Shown piece by piece: positions 1 to 9,147 of a DNA stretch of 64,000 nucleotides. A model generated the notes under the pieces. That model did no database searches. It saw only the letters and a program-made list of their open reading frames with translations, and was not told the origin of the DNA. The DNA is from Escherichia coli (GTDB lineage Bacteria > Pseudomonadota > Gammaproteobacteria > Enterobacterales > Enterobacteriaceae): the NCBI RefSeq assembly GCF_030013595.1, contig NZ_CP122768.1. The stretch is one strand, 5' to 3'. Every line of letters starts with the position of its first letter. The stretch's first letter is position 1. A program made the position numbers and the translations under genes.

Positions 1-126
1 CAGCACACCTATTGCTGCCCACTGTGAGGGAGTGACTTTATCGAGCAGCTGTAAAAACCAGTAACCGGCACTACCTGCTGAGGTGCCATAGGCGACTCCA
101 GTTGTTAACTTATCCATGAATTTCAT
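1..126 (-). CDS. Phage holin (lambdoid S/EssD-like), N-terminal part only; ORF runs off window start
   Basis: Reverse-strand translation from ATG at 126: [42 protein letters not shown], holin-like; GAGGTG SD upstream. Confidence 0.6.
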   Translation of the reverse strand, partial: MKFMDKLTTGVAYGTSAGSAGYWFLQLLDKVTPSQWAAIGVL

Positions 127-713
127 AACCCCACCTCGCAGACAAAGCGGGTGTAAATTGAGGGAATACAACGTATCGCAAAAAAGCAGAAACGTAACTG
201 ACTCCGAGTCAGTGAATAACTCAGGTATTGAGTTATCAGCTAATATCGAGACTCAAAAAATGGAAAAACCAGCTCGACGGCGGGTTTAAGCTGTGTGACG
301 AAGTAACCACTCTTAACAGCATAACCAATTTTTTACGTACGTAAACCACTGAATGATATTTATGAGAATGCTACCGAGTGTTCAAAACATCACCACAAAT
401 ACATAAGAAAACCTCAACAAATAACCAATAAATAATTTCCAGTGTTATTTTTAGCCGGTTTAAATTAAACAGACGAATTATAGAACCACCATAAATAACA
501 GCCATTAATATAAATTAGCTAATAGATTTATTTTTGTTCAAATAAGAGCCATAAATAGGTTTCGATAGAAAAAGTTCAGATAAAAATAGAGATCTACTTC
601 ACAAATTAAATGAGAAACTAAAACTTACATCTTGAAATAATCACATTGATTAGATGAATATTTATCGCGCAGTGACATCATTTTTTAATAATAGTTCAAA
701 AAAAGGGCTCACG

Positions 714-1811
714 ATGAAAAAATTAACAGTGGCAATTTCTGCTGTAGCTGCATCAGTACTGATGGCGATGTCTGCTCAGGCAGCTGAAATTTATAATAAA
801 GACAGTAACAAGCTGGATCTGTACGGGAAAGTTAATGCCAAGCACTACTTTTCCTCTAACGATGCAGATGATGGTGATACTACTTATGTTCGTCTGGGCT
901 TCAAAGGCGAAACCCAAATCAACGATCAGCTGACTGGTTTCGGTCAGTGGGAATATGAATTCAAAGGCAACCGCGCTGAATCTCAAGGTTCCTCCAAAGA
1001 CAAAACCCGTCTTGCATTTGCAGGCCTGAAATTCGGTGACTACGGCTCAATCGATTACGGCCGTAACTACGGTGTAGCATACGACATCGGTGCGTGGACT
1101 GACGTTCTGCCAGAATTCGGTGGCGATACCTGGACCCAAACAGATGTGTTCATGACTGGTCGCACCACTGGTGTTGCAACCTATCGTAACAACGACTTCT
1201 TTGGTCTGGTTGATGGTCTGAACTTTGCTGCTCAGTACCAAGGCAAAAACGATCGTAGCGATTTCGATAACTACACCGAAGGTAACGGTGATGGCTTCGG
1301 TTTCTCTGCTACCTATGAATACGAAGGATTCGGTATCGGTGCAACTTATGCGAAATCTGATCGTACCGACACTCAAGTTAATGCAGGGAAAGTTCTTCCT
1401 GAAGTATTTGCTTCCGGTAAAAATGCAGAAGTTTGGGCCGCAGGTCTGAAATATGACGCTAACAACATTTACCTGGCCACTACCTATTCTGAAACCCAGA
1501 ATATGACTGTATTTGCTGATCACTTCGTTGCTAATAAAGCTCAAAACTTCGAAGCTGTTGCACAATATCAGTTCGATTTCGGTCTGCGTCCGTCCGTTGC
1601 TTACCTGCAATCTAAAGGTAAGGATCTTGGAGTATGGGGCGATCAGGACTTAGTCAAATATGTTGATGTAGGTGCAACCTATTACTTCAACAAAAATATG
1701 TCTACTTTCGTTGATTACAAAATCAACCTGCTTGACAAAAATGACTTCACTAAAGCACTCGGTGTAAGCACTGATGACATCGTTGCTGTAGGTCTGGTTT
1801 ACCAGTTCTAA
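714..1811 (+). CDS. nmpC: Outer membrane porin NmpC (OmpD/OmpC family), prophage-encoded, intact 365 aa
   Basis: Signal peptide [23 protein letters not shown], porin motifs, C-terminal ...VGLVYQF; ORF track start at 654 is an upstream in-frame extension. Confidence 0.85.
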   Translation: MKKLTVAISAVAASVLMAMSAQAAEIYNKDSNKLDLYGKVNAKHYFSSNDADDGDTTYVRLGFKGETQINDQLTGFGQWEYEFKGNRAESQGSSKDKTRLAFAGLKFGDYGSIDYGRNYGVAYDIGAWTDVLPEFGGDTWTQTDVFMTGRTTGVATYRNNDFFGLVDGLNFAAQYQGKNDRSDFDNYTEGNGDGFGFSATYEYEGFGIGATYAKSDRTDTQVNAGKVLPEVFASGKNAEVWAAGLKYDANNIYLATTYSETQNMTVFADHFVANKAQNFEAVAQYQFDFGLRPSVAYLQSKGKDLGVWGDQDLVKYVDVGATYYFNKNMSTFVDYKINLLDKNDFTKALGVSTDDIVAVGLVYQF

Positions 1812-1948
1812 TCTGATTACGAAAAAGATATGTTGCGGGAGGCGTTGCCTCCCCAACATATAAGTGGCTCCCTCAAGCCACTTCCTTTAGGAGCACAACC
1901 TTGCTTCTAACTATATAAACCTTCTGTTATATATTACCCTTTATTTTT

Positions 1949-1973
1949 GGGGGCGTTGCAACGCCCCATTTTT
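1949..1973 (+). terminator. Rho-independent terminator downstream of nmpC
   Basis: Perfect hairpin ggggcgttgcaacgcccc followed by atttttaat. Confidence 0.55.
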
Positions 1974-2000
1974 AATAACTTTCAGTAAACAATTGGCATA

Positions 2001-2399
2001 TTAATTAGAGTTATTAACAACGATATCCATCTCTAACCGGATATCTAATGCCATTAACATCCCTTCAATTATGCCCTCAGCCTTCTGTAACCTTTTCCCG
2101 ATATAACCATCAGAGCAGCAATGCTTACCTGCCAGTGACATGAATGTCATACCGACTACATAATAATCTACTAATAAATCGTGCAAATCGCTGTTGTTCT
2201 TTTTCAGACGGGCCATGCACCCGCAAATAATCATCGCGTCATCGTCACAACATTGCGGGCGAGATTTTACTTTTGAAGGAATTAATCCCTTAAAACCGGC
2301 GGCAATGGACGACCAGGTCACATCTTCATGATTATTAGCCGCCCACGCTCCCCAACGTTCAAGAACCATCTGAATATCACGCATTAACTTTCTCCACAA
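2001..2399 (-). CDS. quuD: Late-gene antiterminator Q (QuuD-like)
   Basis: 132 aa; sequence matches my recall of DLP12 QuuD; sits directly upstream of the porin/lysis region as in K-12. Confidence 0.75.
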   Translation of the reverse strand: MWRKLMRDIQMVLERWGAWAANNHEDVTWSSIAAGFKGLIPSKVKSRPQCCDDDAMIICGCMARLKKNNSDLHDLLVDYYVVGMTFMSLAGKHCCSDGYIGKRLQKAEGIIEGMLMALDIRLEMDIVVNNSN

Positions 2400-2401
2400 A
2401 A

Positions 2402-3397
2402 TCAGGCCAGCACACCAATCGCCAGTGCGCGATCGATAAAACGAAATATCAGCTCCAGCTGGGAGCCATACTTCTCTTCAAATGCCACGGTATCCGCATG
2501 CAGTTCGTCGTGGTGTTTTCTGCACAAAGGCAACACAAAAAGGTCATGCGCTTTTGTACCCATTCCACCCTGACCATGGCCTATCAGATGATGCGGATCA
2601 TCAGCTGGCTTTCCACAACATGCACACGGCTGTGTCTTAACCCAGCGCGTGTACTTTTCATTAACCCAGCGGCGACGTTTTGGGCGTAACATAAAAGACT
2701 CCGGCGACTCCGGATCCACTTTCAGCGCCAGCACCTTTTTCGCCTTATCCTGGATGATGCTGGTGGCAGGAACCGAAGGCACAAGGTCACTTTCCCGGGT
2801 AACAGACGGCACAACAGGCTTCGGTAATCTCAGTGCCTTACGGGCTGCACTTTCCGGTAAGGCATCCGCCAGATCATTACGAATCAGCCACCAGCACAGT
2901 TCCGGCATTGTCACAACGTGACTGTCATCAAAACCGAGATCCCGACGCACAACAGACAACACCCAGCGGGCACAGTTATCCGTTGCCATTGATTCCAGCC
3001 GTTCCGTGAACTGATCGCGCAGCTGGTTATCGCAGTGCCAGCACAGACGGATTGCACCCGGAGCGTGTCGCATTGTGGTCATGTTCTCGCTGTGCCAGTC
3101 GGAATGAGGCCACTGGCAGCCTTTTTCACGAAGTAACCAGCTTTCAAGACATTCCACGCCACCAGCACGACGGATCACTGCCTCATTGCGGAACACGGCC
3201 CGAACGGCAGGATCATCCGCCAGCGGTTGTGATGCCGCCGGAACGGCACCACTGGCGAAAGATGAATAACGCTCCGGCTCAGGCTCCAGCAGGACACGCC
3301 CCTGCATAAACAGGGGCATCAGCTCTGAACCTGGCCTGAACAATACGATCCCCATACGCGGGGCAATTTCAGGGGTCAGTAGTGCTCTCACGGTCAC
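2402..3397 (-). CDS. DUF968 family phage protein (YdfU-like) with C-terminal Cys/His HNH-like motif
   Basis: 331 aa; C-terminus CACCGKP...HHLIGHG...[10 protein letters not shown]; nin-region position. Confidence 0.55.
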   Translation of the reverse strand: MTVRALLTPEIAPRMGIVLFRPGSELMPLFMQGRVLLEPEPERYSSFASGAVPAASQPLADDPAVRAVFRNEAVIRRAGGVECLESWLLREKGCQWPHSDWHSENMTTMRHAPGAIRLCWHCDNQLRDQFTERLESMATDNCARWVLSVVRRDLGFDDSHVVTMPELCWWLIRNDLADALPESAARKALRLPKPVVPSVTRESDLVPSVPATSIIQDKAKKVLALKVDPESPESFMLRPKRRRWVNEKYTRWVKTQPCACCGKPADDPHHLIGHGQGGMGTKAHDLFVLPLCRKHHDELHADTVAFEEKYGSQLELIFRFIDRALAIGVLA

Positions 3398-3398
3398 C

Positions 3399-4241
3399 TC
3401 AATGAACGGTATCGAGCAGCTTTAACAGCTCAGGGAATCGGGATTCGAAGAAATGCGGCTGTGTCTCGCGCGGATTTGCGGGACTGGTGATGTTCTTGCC
3501 GAACATGCAACCTTTCGCTGTCAGCGACCAGAATTTTTTGATGTTGTTAATCGCTGTACGGCTGTATCGTTCGCGCTGCTCGACGATCCCCAGTTTCACC
3601 ATCTGGTGATATGCCTGATTAGCCGTCAGGCGTATACCATACTGTTTCAGCAGTGCACTCAGTGACAGTGTCGGGCGACTTGAGCCATCGTGTGCATCAG
3701 CAGGAGCATCAATGGCATAGCGCGGTGCCAGATTCGGTAAGCCAACAGCCTCCTGGAGTTTCTGACAGGCACCAAGCACTGAAGAGTTAGACAGGTTTAA
3801 CTCCCGGCGCATAAAGTCCAGCAGGATCACGCCAGCCTGCATCTTGTCAGCAGCCTGTCCGGATAATTTTTCCGGTGCGCTGGTTACCATATCGAAAGTA
3901 CGGATCACCTTCAGATGGAATGACGGGCTGATCCACATTGCATAGGCATACACCAGTTCCTTGCAGACATACGTTCCCCGTTCATTTCCCCCATGAATCA
4001 CACTCACCGGGTCAACACCCAAATTCTGGGTGTTGGTCAATTCATGAACAAGCTCAACAGTTTGTTGGCTGGAAAGAAACTTTCCCGGCTCCTTGGTTCT
4101 GGCATTTGCACCAGATGCTACTGCTGCGCGATGCAGATCGTTCAGGCTGTAACGCCCATAAGCATCACGACGAACTTCAATACCATCAATGACCATCAGA
4201 TTATTCATACTTCGTTTCTCCTCTTGATCAGGCGGCTGCAC
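3399..4241 (-). CDS. KilA-N domain protein / putative phage antirepressor
   Basis: 280 aa; N-terminal KilA-N-like segment MVIDGIEVRRDAYGRYSLNDLHRAA; start may be the internal Met at 4208. Confidence 0.5.
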   Translation of the reverse strand: MQPPDQEEKRSMNNLMVIDGIEVRRDAYGRYSLNDLHRAAVASGANARTKEPGKFLSSQQTVELVHELTNTQNLGVDPVSVIHGGNERGTYVCKELVYAYAMWISPSFHLKVIRTFDMVTSAPEKLSGQAADKMQAGVILLDFMRRELNLSNSSVLGACQKLQEAVGLPNLAPRYAIDAPADAHDGSSRPTLSLSALLKQYGIRLTANQAYHQMVKLGIVEQRERYSRTAINNIKKFWSLTAKGCMFGKNITSPANPRETQPHFFESRFPELLKLLDTVH

Positions 4242-4617
4242 CCGCCGTTTTCTCGTACTTACTGATAGTGATCTCGACCTTCCCTTTCGGGATAACCGGT
4301 CCCCACTCCACCAGCATTCTTTTCACCTGACTGTCGTCTTCCCACACACCCGCATGGGTCAGGGCGTCAAACAGCGCCTTGTTATAGTTGTCCAGATCGC
4401 GGATCCGGTTATCCGGAGGAAACAACACGATCTCCACTGAAGCAGGTGCCGACGTTGGTTTCGGCAGACGACGTAACTGCTCAACTATTGCTGCGCACGC
4501 CGCGCTCTGGAATTTGCGCCCCGCTGCGCTTATCAGACTCTTACCAGCAAACGCCCCTTTGTTGGGGTGTCGCCAGTACGTGTTCACGCTGGGCGGGAAA
4601 GGCAAGATCAGCTTCAT
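4228..4617 (-). CDS. rusA: Holliday junction resolvase RusA family
   Basis: 129 aa; ...RDLDNYNKALFDALTHAGVWEDDSQV... matches RusA catalytic-region pattern. Confidence 0.75.
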   Translation of the reverse strand: MKLILPFPPSVNTYWRHPNKGAFAGKSLISAAGRKFQSAACAAIVEQLRRLPKPTSAPASVEIVLFPPDNRIRDLDNYNKALFDALTHAGVWEDDSQVKRMLVEWGPVIPKGKVEITISKYEKTAGAAA

Positions 4618-4940
4618 ACTTTCAGGCCCCTCTCATGTAACCAGTGGGCTGCACGCAGCCTGGCGTTTTCCTCACCGGCAAGCAGTGCGCGGATAATCCC
4701 GACCGCCTCGCTGTCGTCGTCCTTCACCGCGGTATGAAGAGTTATCCCCCGGGCCACGCCACGCTTTATCGTGATGACGCCTTTTTTCTCCAGTGCGCGA
4801 AGATGCTCCACCGCTGCATTCACCGAACGGTATCCCAGCATGGTTGCCACCTCCTGATTGGTTGGCGGAAAGCCACGTTCTTGCTGGTAAGAAATCAGCA
4901 TATCCAGCACCTGCTGCTGGCATTGAGTTAACGTCGTCAT
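4614..4940 (-). CDS. LexA-type N-terminal DNA-binding domain protein, no peptidase domain
   Basis: 108 aa; LTQCQQQVLDMLISYQQERGFPPTNQEVATMLGYRSVNAAVEHLRALEKKGVI resembles the LexA winged-helix domain; 4-nt overlap with flanking genes. Confidence 0.5.
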   Translation of the reverse strand: MTTLTQCQQQVLDMLISYQQERGFPPTNQEVATMLGYRSVNAAVEHLRALEKKGVITIKRGVARGITLHTAVKDDDSEAVGIIRALLAGEENARLRAAHWLHERGLKV

Positions 4941-5590
4941 GCCGCCATCTCCCTGACCAGTTTTTCCGCCTGCTGGCGAACCTGCGCCAGAAAGGCCTCA
5001 CCACATGCCTCAAGTTCATCGCGCCCGATGTAGCTGATTGCCGGTCCCTTCCAGGTCTTGTCGAAAACAGCAATAGCACCAGCGAAGAAAGCGCCTGTCG
5101 GCACCTGCTTCTCGTCCTTCGGGATAAACCAGGCTGGCAGTTCAAAACCAATACGCCCGCGAATAAAAGCAATATGGTCTGCATCTTCCGGCCACCACAC
5201 TTCGCTGGTGGCAGCTTTGATCAGGAAAACATAGCGCCCGCCTTTATCACGCATGGCACTGGCATGCTTCATGATGTAACGCATGCCGGTGATGTATTGC
5301 CCCTCATGCTGACTGGCGCGGCTGTACGGGGGATTACCAAAGGCAGCACCTTTAAGCTCCGCAAGACGTTCTGACCAGTCATGCGCCAGCGCGTTGTCTT
5401 CCGCAGTGTAATACGCGGCGCATTTGGCGTTATCACCATCAGTAAACAGATCCAGAACAAACGGGCCAAACAGGGTGTTAATTCCCCAGAAAATGTTGTC
5501 CGGCGTGCGCCACTGATCGCCCACTTCCTTCAGTTCATGGGCTGGTTTGTTCCGCAGCTCCACCAGCGCCTGGCAATATTTATTACTCAT
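4937..5590 (-). CDS. Phage DNA N6-adenine methyltransferase (Dam-like)
   Basis: NPPY motif (GNPPYSR); start placed at Met giving TAATG coupling with the upstream gene; ORF track extends to 5623. Confidence 0.7.
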   Translation of the reverse strand: MSNKYCQALVELRNKPAHELKEVGDQWRTPDNIFWGINTLFGPFVLDLFTDGDNAKCAAYYTAEDNALAHDWSERLAELKGAAFGNPPYSRASQHEGQYITGMRYIMKHASAMRDKGGRYVFLIKAATSEVWWPEDADHIAFIRGRIGFELPAWFIPKDEKQVPTGAFFAGAIAVFDKTWKGPAISYIGRDELEACGEAFLAQVRQQAEKLVREMAA

Positions 5591-6084
5591 TAAGCCCCCA
5601 CGTAATTCCCTGACAGATACCACTCTTCACCCGATGCAGCGCGCTTGCTGCTTTTCCGTAAACACCGCTCACGACGCGCAAGAAAATTGTTTCGCTCTTG
5701 CTGGGAGTGGCTTTCACGGAATGCCGCCATCCACACCGTTGCAGCACGACGGTATAAGCCCCTGGACTCCAGTTCTTCCGCCTGGCGGGTCAGGCACAAA
5801 ATAACCCGGGGATCGTTAGTGCCGACATAGAAATTGCGCACAGGTCTGGATTCACGAACTGGTTGCGGTTCCGGCTCCTGCGGTATCTCAGTCAGCCGCG
5901 GGAAATGTCTGCGTGTATCCCCTTCACAACGGTGAGCCACACGCCCACTCTGACGTAACTTGCTTGCTGACTGCAGAACGCGCTGTCGTGAGTAACCTGC
6001 AAAAGCATCCGCAATGTCTCCGGAAGTACACCCCGGATGGGCTTCAATGAATTTCTGAACGTCATTCAAAAGACTCATGATCAC
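5590..6084 (-). CDS. Hypothetical phage protein in replication module
   Basis: 164 aa, translationally coupled to the replication gene upstream and the methyltransferase downstream. Confidence 0.45.
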   Translation of the reverse strand: MIMSLLNDVQKFIEAHPGCTSGDIADAFAGYSRQRVLQSASKLRQSGRVAHRCEGDTRRHFPRLTEIPQEPEPQPVRESRPVRNFYVGTNDPRVILCLTRQAEELESRGLYRRAATVWMAAFRESHSQQERNNFLARRERCLRKSSKRAASGEEWYLSGNYVGA

Positions 6085-7022
6085 CCCCTGAATCCTGCCG
6101 GGATCTGGCTGTAGTCCACGTTGTCGTAACTGGCTTTGAAGTACGGGTCTTCGCGTTTTTCGGTGTACGTGCTGACGGACGGCGATAAGCGCAGGGAAAG
6201 CTCATCCCATTTTTCCCGCAGCTTCGACGGGCTGAGCACGTTACGGCACCAGAACGGATCGCGACTGACGCGGCTGTACATCTCGCAGATTTGTTTATGA
6301 GTACGACCATCCTGCACACACATCAGGCGAATTTCGTTTGCCCAGGCTGTCCAGTTCGGTTCTTTGGGACGAACCACCTCGCCGTCACATTCGGCGGCAT
6401 GCTCGTACAGGGCGATGATTTTTTTCCAGAGCCACTGTGCGCAGGTCAAATCATCCTGCGTCCCCCACTGGCGCTTTTTAGGGCTGAATACAACCGCATC
6501 AGGATGGCGAGTTAAAAAATCCTGTTCAGCCGTCTGCGTGTCCGGTTGCGAAGAGTCCGGACGAGAAGGTTTTTTATCTGACGGATCATGTTTTGATTTT
6601 ACTGACGGATCCCCGCCAGATTCTGACGGGTGAAAACCCGCTTTTTTGCCAGATTTCGACGCATCAAATTTTGACGGGTCAGATTTTGATGCGTCAGATT
6701 TTGACGGGTCAGAATCTGACAGTTGAGAAAATGCCGCTGCCTGAAGCTTCGCAACGTTAAGCTGATAAACATTCGACGCATTGCGGTTACCCTGGCGACG
6801 CGCCTTACGCGTTAACCAGCCTTCTGCTTCCAGCCGTGCGATAGCCGTTCTGACGGTACTCATCCCCGCGCCAATCTGGCGGGCAATGGTTTCAATCGAT
6901 GGCCAGCACACACCTTCGTCATTACTGAAATCAGCCAGGCGGGCCATAATTGCCACGCTGGATAATTTCATGCCTGACGCTGCGCAACCATCCCATACAT
7001 AGCCGGTTAATTTAGTGCTCAT
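6081..7022 (-). CDS. Putative phage replication initiation protein (N-terminal wHTH, O-like role)
   Basis: 313 aa; HTH segment CWPSIETIARQIGAGMSTVRTAIARLEAEGWL; repetitive SDPSKSDASK linker encoded by internal iterons. Confidence 0.55.
   Translation of the reverse strand: MSTKLTGYVWDGCAASGMKLSSVAIMARLADFSNDEGVCWPSIETIARQIGAGMSTVRTAIARLEAEGWLTRKARRQGNRNASNVYQLNVAKLQAAAFSQLSDSDPSKSDASKSDPSKFDASKSGKKAGFHPSESGGDPSVKSKHDPSDKKPSRPDSSQPDTQTAEQDFLTRHPDAVVFSPKKRQWGTQDDLTCAQWLWKKIIALYEHAAECDGEVVRPKEPNWTAWANEIRLMCVQDGRTHKQICEMYSRVSRDPFWCRNVLSPSKLREKWDELSLRLSPSVSTYTEKREDPYFKASYDNVDYSQIPAGFRG
6575..6730. repeat. Iteron array (putative prophage ori) inside the replication gene
   Basis: About 8 tandem copies of a TGACGG(A/G)TC-like unit (tctgacggatc, actgacggatc, tctgacgggtg, ttgacgggtc x2, ttgatgcgtc) followed by an A/T-rich stretch. 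Confidence 0.55.
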
Positions 7023-7031
7023 GACCGACCT

Positions 7032-7370
7032 CTATTTCCCTGAATTTACGACGAAACTGTTCGAGCGGACTGAAGCACTCATGCTCATAGCCTTCGCGGA
7101 GGTAGATAACCCGTTGTGTTTCCGGTTCCCAACGAATGACTCTGACGGGCACTCCGTAGTGATCTTTGAACCAGCGGTTAACTTGTCGCAAAGGACTGTC
7201 TCCTTCTGCCGGTTGAAATCCCCCACAGCCCACTCTGCAAAGCTGTGGGTTACAATTTCCCTGTCACCTGGTACATTCACTGCATAGCAATATTCCACCT
7301 TCGCTTTTCCACCCGGTACAGGAAGCGCAATCAGTTGCGAGCGACGGTAGTGTGTTGTTAAACTGTTCAT
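7032..7370 (-). CDS. YmfM-like e14-type phage protein
   Basis: 112 aa; 4-nt overlap with the upstream CII-like gene; C-terminal half overlaps an alternative-frame ORF (7012..7233). Confidence 0.45.
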   Translation of the reverse strand: MNSLTTHYRRSQLIALPVPGGKAKVEYCYAVNVPGDREIVTHSFAEWAVGDFNRQKETVLCDKLTAGSKITTECPSESFVGNRKHNGLSTSAKAMSMSASVRSNSFVVNSGK

Positions 7371-7936
7371 GCGTTAGTTTCTCCACAACCAGAAGCAATC
7401 GACGCCACGACGCCCGGAGCTGCACACTCGCGGGCGTCATTACTTTCTGAAATGCAAAAGATTTTGTAGACCAGTGCTGCATGCTCCTGCAGCTTCGAAA
7501 TTGAGAGATACAGCTCGTCGTTAATTGCTGTCTTCTCATGCGGTTCCACTACACCGTCTTCGATTGCTGAACGAATCTGTTTTGAATAACTGCCGATCTG
7601 TTCAATGACTTCCAGCAGACGCTGGTTAATATCGGCGTTGTCCACATCCTCGACGTCAGGAAGCGACACAAAGACGCCATTTGCAGACTGCGCCACAGCA
7701 TCAGCAATGAAGTGAGTGCCACCAGCACGCTGTAAAACCATTGCCCATCCCAGCGGGAAAATCTGATCGCCATCTGCACGAAGGCGGTTGAATAAAGCGT
7801 TTTCTGTTACATCGAGCCAGTCAGCCGCTTCAGCGTAACCACCCGGCAACGCCGCGATAGTTTTTCTGACAGCTTTCACGTACCACTCAGGCTGTTTTTC
7901 TATTTTCCAGTGATGCTTACCCACGATTAGCCTCAT
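7367..7936 (-). CDS. YmfL-like / CII-type phage regulatory protein
   Basis: 189 aa, directly downstream of cro in the rightward operon. Confidence 0.55.
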   Translation of the reverse strand: MRLIVGKHHWKIEKQPEWYVKAVRKTIAALPGGYAEAADWLDVTENALFNRLRADGDQIFPLGWAMVLQRAGGTHFIADAVAQSANGVFVSLPDVEDVDNADINQRLLEVIEQIGSYSKQIRSAIEDGVVEPHEKTAINDELYLSISKLQEHAALVYKIFCISESNDARECAAPGVVASIASGCGETNA

Positions 7937-7967
7937 CGTTCTGTGGTTAAAAATTGAAAGTGTTCTG

Positions 7968-8168
7968 CTAATCTTTCGGATAGATATCCGGTCTTAAGTC
8001 AGATTTCGTAATTGCACCTGACGTGCATTGCTCAAGTTTTTTAGCCAGCACAAAACTGGCTTTTTTATAGCCATTGAAAACCAGCCGTAAGTAGCCAGGA
8101 GTTGAGCCAACTTTTCCGGCCAACTCGCCCTGCTGTTCTTTGGTTAAAGAGTCCCAATACGCTTTCAT
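7968..8168 (-). CDS. Cro-like repressor
   Basis: 66 aa MKAYWDSLTKEQQGELAGKVGSTPGYLRLVFNGYKKASF... with HTH; GGAG SD; divergent from cI; ORF track's 167 aa is an upstream extension. Confidence 0.65.
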   Translation of the reverse strand: MKAYWDSLTKEQQGELAGKVGSTPGYLRLVFNGYKKASFVLAKKLEQCTSGAITKSDLRPDIYPKD

Positions 8169-8222
8169 ACAATATGTACCTCCGGTGTACATATTACATG
8201 ATTGAAATGAACCTTCAAGACA

Positions 8223-8243
8223 CTTGTACCTTAACGGTACAAG
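8223..8243. promoter_or_regulatory. Putative OR operator palindrome between cro and cI
   Basis: cttgtacc-ttaa-cggtacaag inverted repeat; further TGTAC half-sites at 8175 and 8186. Confidence 0.45.
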
Positions 8244-8258
8244 GGTTTTAATTTCGTT

Positions 8259-8933
8259 ATGAAAACAATCCATGACATCCGGCGGTCTAACGCCCGAAAA
8301 CTGAGAGATGGTGTTGGAGGGAATTCTTCCTTTGCCACTATGATTGATCGCGAGCCAACCCAGACCAGCAGGTTTATGGGAGATGGTGCTACTAAAAATA
8401 TCGGTGACAGCATGGCACGACACATCGAAAAATGTTTCGACCTGCCTGTCGGATGGCTCGATCAAGAACACCAGACAACGAACATCACAAAAAAACCTGA
8501 TGTTTCAATCACTAATAAACAAATCACATTAGTCCCTGTCATATCATGGGTACAGGCCGGAGCATGGAAAGAAGTTGGATATTCTGAGGTTGATTTGAGC
8601 ACAGCAGAAACGTATCCCTGCCCTGTACCCTGTGGGGAAATGACTTATATCTTGCGGGTGATAGGTGATTCAATGATTGATGAGTACCGCCCGGGAGACA
8701 TGATTTTTGTCGATCCTGAAGTACCTGCCTGCCACGGTGACGACGTTATTGCATTGATGCACGATACAGGTGAAACCACCTTCAAAAGGTTGATAGAAGA
8801 TGGGACACAGCGTTATCTCAAAGCGTTAAACCCAAACTGGCCTGAGCCTTACATTAAGATCAACGGTAATTGCTCTATAATTGGAACTGTGATTTTCTCA
8901 GGAAAACCAAGAAGATACAAAATCAAAGCCTAA
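8259..8933 (+). CDS. CI-like prophage repressor (HTH plus S24 LexA-like peptidase), CohE-like
   Basis: 224 aa; C-terminal S24 region ...VIGDSMIDEYRPGDMIFVDPEV...; divergent from cro. Confidence 0.8.
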   Translation: MKTIHDIRRSNARKLRDGVGGNSSFATMIDREPTQTSRFMGDGATKNIGDSMARHIEKCFDLPVGWLDQEHQTTNITKKPDVSITNKQITLVPVISWVQAGAWKEVGYSEVDLSTAETYPCPVPCGEMTYILRVIGDSMIDEYRPGDMIFVDPEVPACHGDDVIALMHDTGETTFKRLIEDGTQRYLKALNPNWPEPYIKINGNCSIIGTVIFSGKPRRYKIKA

Positions 8934-8946
8934 TCAATGTTTATGA

Positions 8947-8968
8947 ACCTGCTTCGGCAGGTTTTTTT
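8947..8968 (+). terminator. Rho-independent terminator after the cI-like gene
   Basis: acctgc-ttcg-gcaggt hairpin followed by tttttt. Confidence 0.6.
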
Positions 8969-8972
8969 ATAC

Positions 8973-9000
8973 TTGACAATGTACCCACGAGATACATAAT
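8973..9000 (+). promoter_or_regulatory. Putative pL-like sigma70 promoter with operator repeats
   Basis: TTGACA (8973-8978), 16-bp spacer, CATAAT (8995-9000); direct repeats atgtacccacgaga / atgtacccaagaga share the TGTACC operator half-site. Confidence 0.45.
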
Positions 9001-9081
9001 GTACCCAAGAGAAACAACAAACAGGCAGGACGCCCACGAAGTAGCCGCCTGGGGCATATGAAGTCCAGGATGATTCGTTAG

Positions 9082-9110
9082 CAACAAAAAAGCGCCCTAC
9101 AGGACGCTTA
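9082..9110 (-). terminator. Rho-independent terminator for the minus-strand moron
   Basis: On the minus strand: agcgtcc-tgta-gggcgct hairpin followed by tttttgttg, 38 nt past the stop at 9148. Confidence 0.45.
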
Positions 9111-9147
9111 GCTCTTTAACAATCTGGATATCCACAACAGTAGTAAT

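Noticed and set aside
1829-1860. Imperfect hairpin atgttgcgggaggcg...cctccccaacat just after nmpC
   Set aside because: No U-run on either strand. The perfect hairpin with T-tract at 1949-1973 is the better terminator candidate.
6599-6781. 60-aa ORF with repetitive QNLT(R/H)QNL sequence
   Set aside because: Artefact of translating the iteron repeats inside the replication gene in an alternative frame.
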